Made by a program: the position numbers and the translations under genes
Assembly (NCBI GenBank): GCA_020137815.1
Contig: CM035360.1
Span: forward strand, 1,054,001 to 1,118,000
Direction: 5' to 3'
DNA: 64,000 nt
From: Hormiphora californensis
Lineage: Eukaryota > Animalia > Ctenophora
In this document: piece after piece, positions 63,179 to 64,000 of the stretch
Layout of the letters: each line of letters begins with the position of its first letter
Position numbering within the stretch: position 1 is the stretch's first letter
The notes under the pieces: model-generated
Seen by the model: only the letters and a program-made list of their open reading frames with translations
Database searches by the model: none
Told to the model about the DNA's origin: nothing

Positions 63179-63351
63179 GTTAGTTAATAGTTTCACCCGC
63201 TCAAATGTTCCCTTTTTTGTTTATCTAAACTCGGATATTTTCCACGAAAGATGTTGTTTTGGGATTTCATAACCATCGCATTATATGTCAACTCTACACT
63301 GTACCAACATTGTAGAGTCTATGCAGATGAGTAATTTACCCCCGCCCCCAA

Positions 63352-63797
63352 TTGACAAGATACCTAAAACTTTTCGTATATCGTCTTATCTTGATTTATC
63401 ATTAATTTTCAGCATTTTTTCAGAATTTTTTGTCGGCTAGAAAAAAATTCGAAATAGGGGGTCTACTGATAAACGAGAGGCGCAATTTAAAAATTGATAC
63501 CGTAATATCTCCGGTTCCTGATGAGATACAGAAACCGTTTTGGTAGCGTTGGAAAGGTCTTATTGAGACCAATCCAACGCAACCAAGATCATGTCATTAT
63601 CTTTTGAGGAACCGGAAACGTGAATTTCAATTTGCGAGACGCAGTGAGTGTGCCCAGTAAAACCAGTGCTGACAATATCGGTAGACCCCCTATTTCGAAT
63701 TTTTTCTAGCCGACAAAAAATGCTGAAAAAATGCTGAAAATTAATGATAAATCAAAATAAGACGATATACGAAAAGTTTTAGGTATCTTGTCAACCT
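63352..63797. mobile_element. Second copy of the 1150 Kolobok-like MITE (left 3 nt missing)
   Basis: Near-identical to 1153-1599, with TTAA at the right end. Confidence 0.85.
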
Positions 63798-64000
63798 TTA
63801 ATCTTCCCGTGACGTCATTTTACCTGATTTCTCCTCCCACTTGTTGTAACTCAACAACCTCCCCATATATAGGTTGGTGATAGTGGCTACGAGGATGAAA
63901 CAGGGAAGTGTGACGGGAGGATTTACCCAGAAGCAAGTCAATCTATAACAAACCCGCCCTCGTTCAGATGTGCTTCGTCAAGGTAGGTATTGAGTTATTA

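Overview
Eukaryotic, intron-containing, transposon-rich animal DNA; no prokaryotic features, tRNA, rRNA or CRISPR array. The dispersed short repeats translating as QEPTETSKQPI...YFLIRSVP and QSDPDLPG resemble what I recall from Pleurobrachia-type ctenophore genomes (recollection, not verified). The left half (1-36.2 kb) is gene-dense. Minus strand, in transcription order: a frameshifted S9 peptidase, transaldolase, parvulin PIN4, a multi-exon kinesin-6 (KIF20-like) with an MFS transporter nested antisense in one intron, a 1335-aa zinc-finger protein, a BTB protein, and a paralog of the zinc-finger protein cut by the window edge and absent from the ORF track. A GalNAc-transferase follows on the plus strand. 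The right half (36.5-64 kb) is mostly nested non-autonomous DNA transposons, LINE fragments and microsatellites. Best candidate for something new: two diverged, intact, intronless paralogs fusing TRAF/C2HC zinc fingers to a non-LTR-retrotransposon-type RNase H fold with substituted catalytic residues, i.e. a probable domesticated pseudo-RNase H family. Also notable: an operon-like run of genes with splice acceptors just before their start codons, an intronic array of ~17 duplicated 3' splice sites, and a 55-bp templated copy of MFS coding sequence between 17-bp direct repeats. Some regions look like uncorrected long-read sequence, so frameshifts should be treated with caution.
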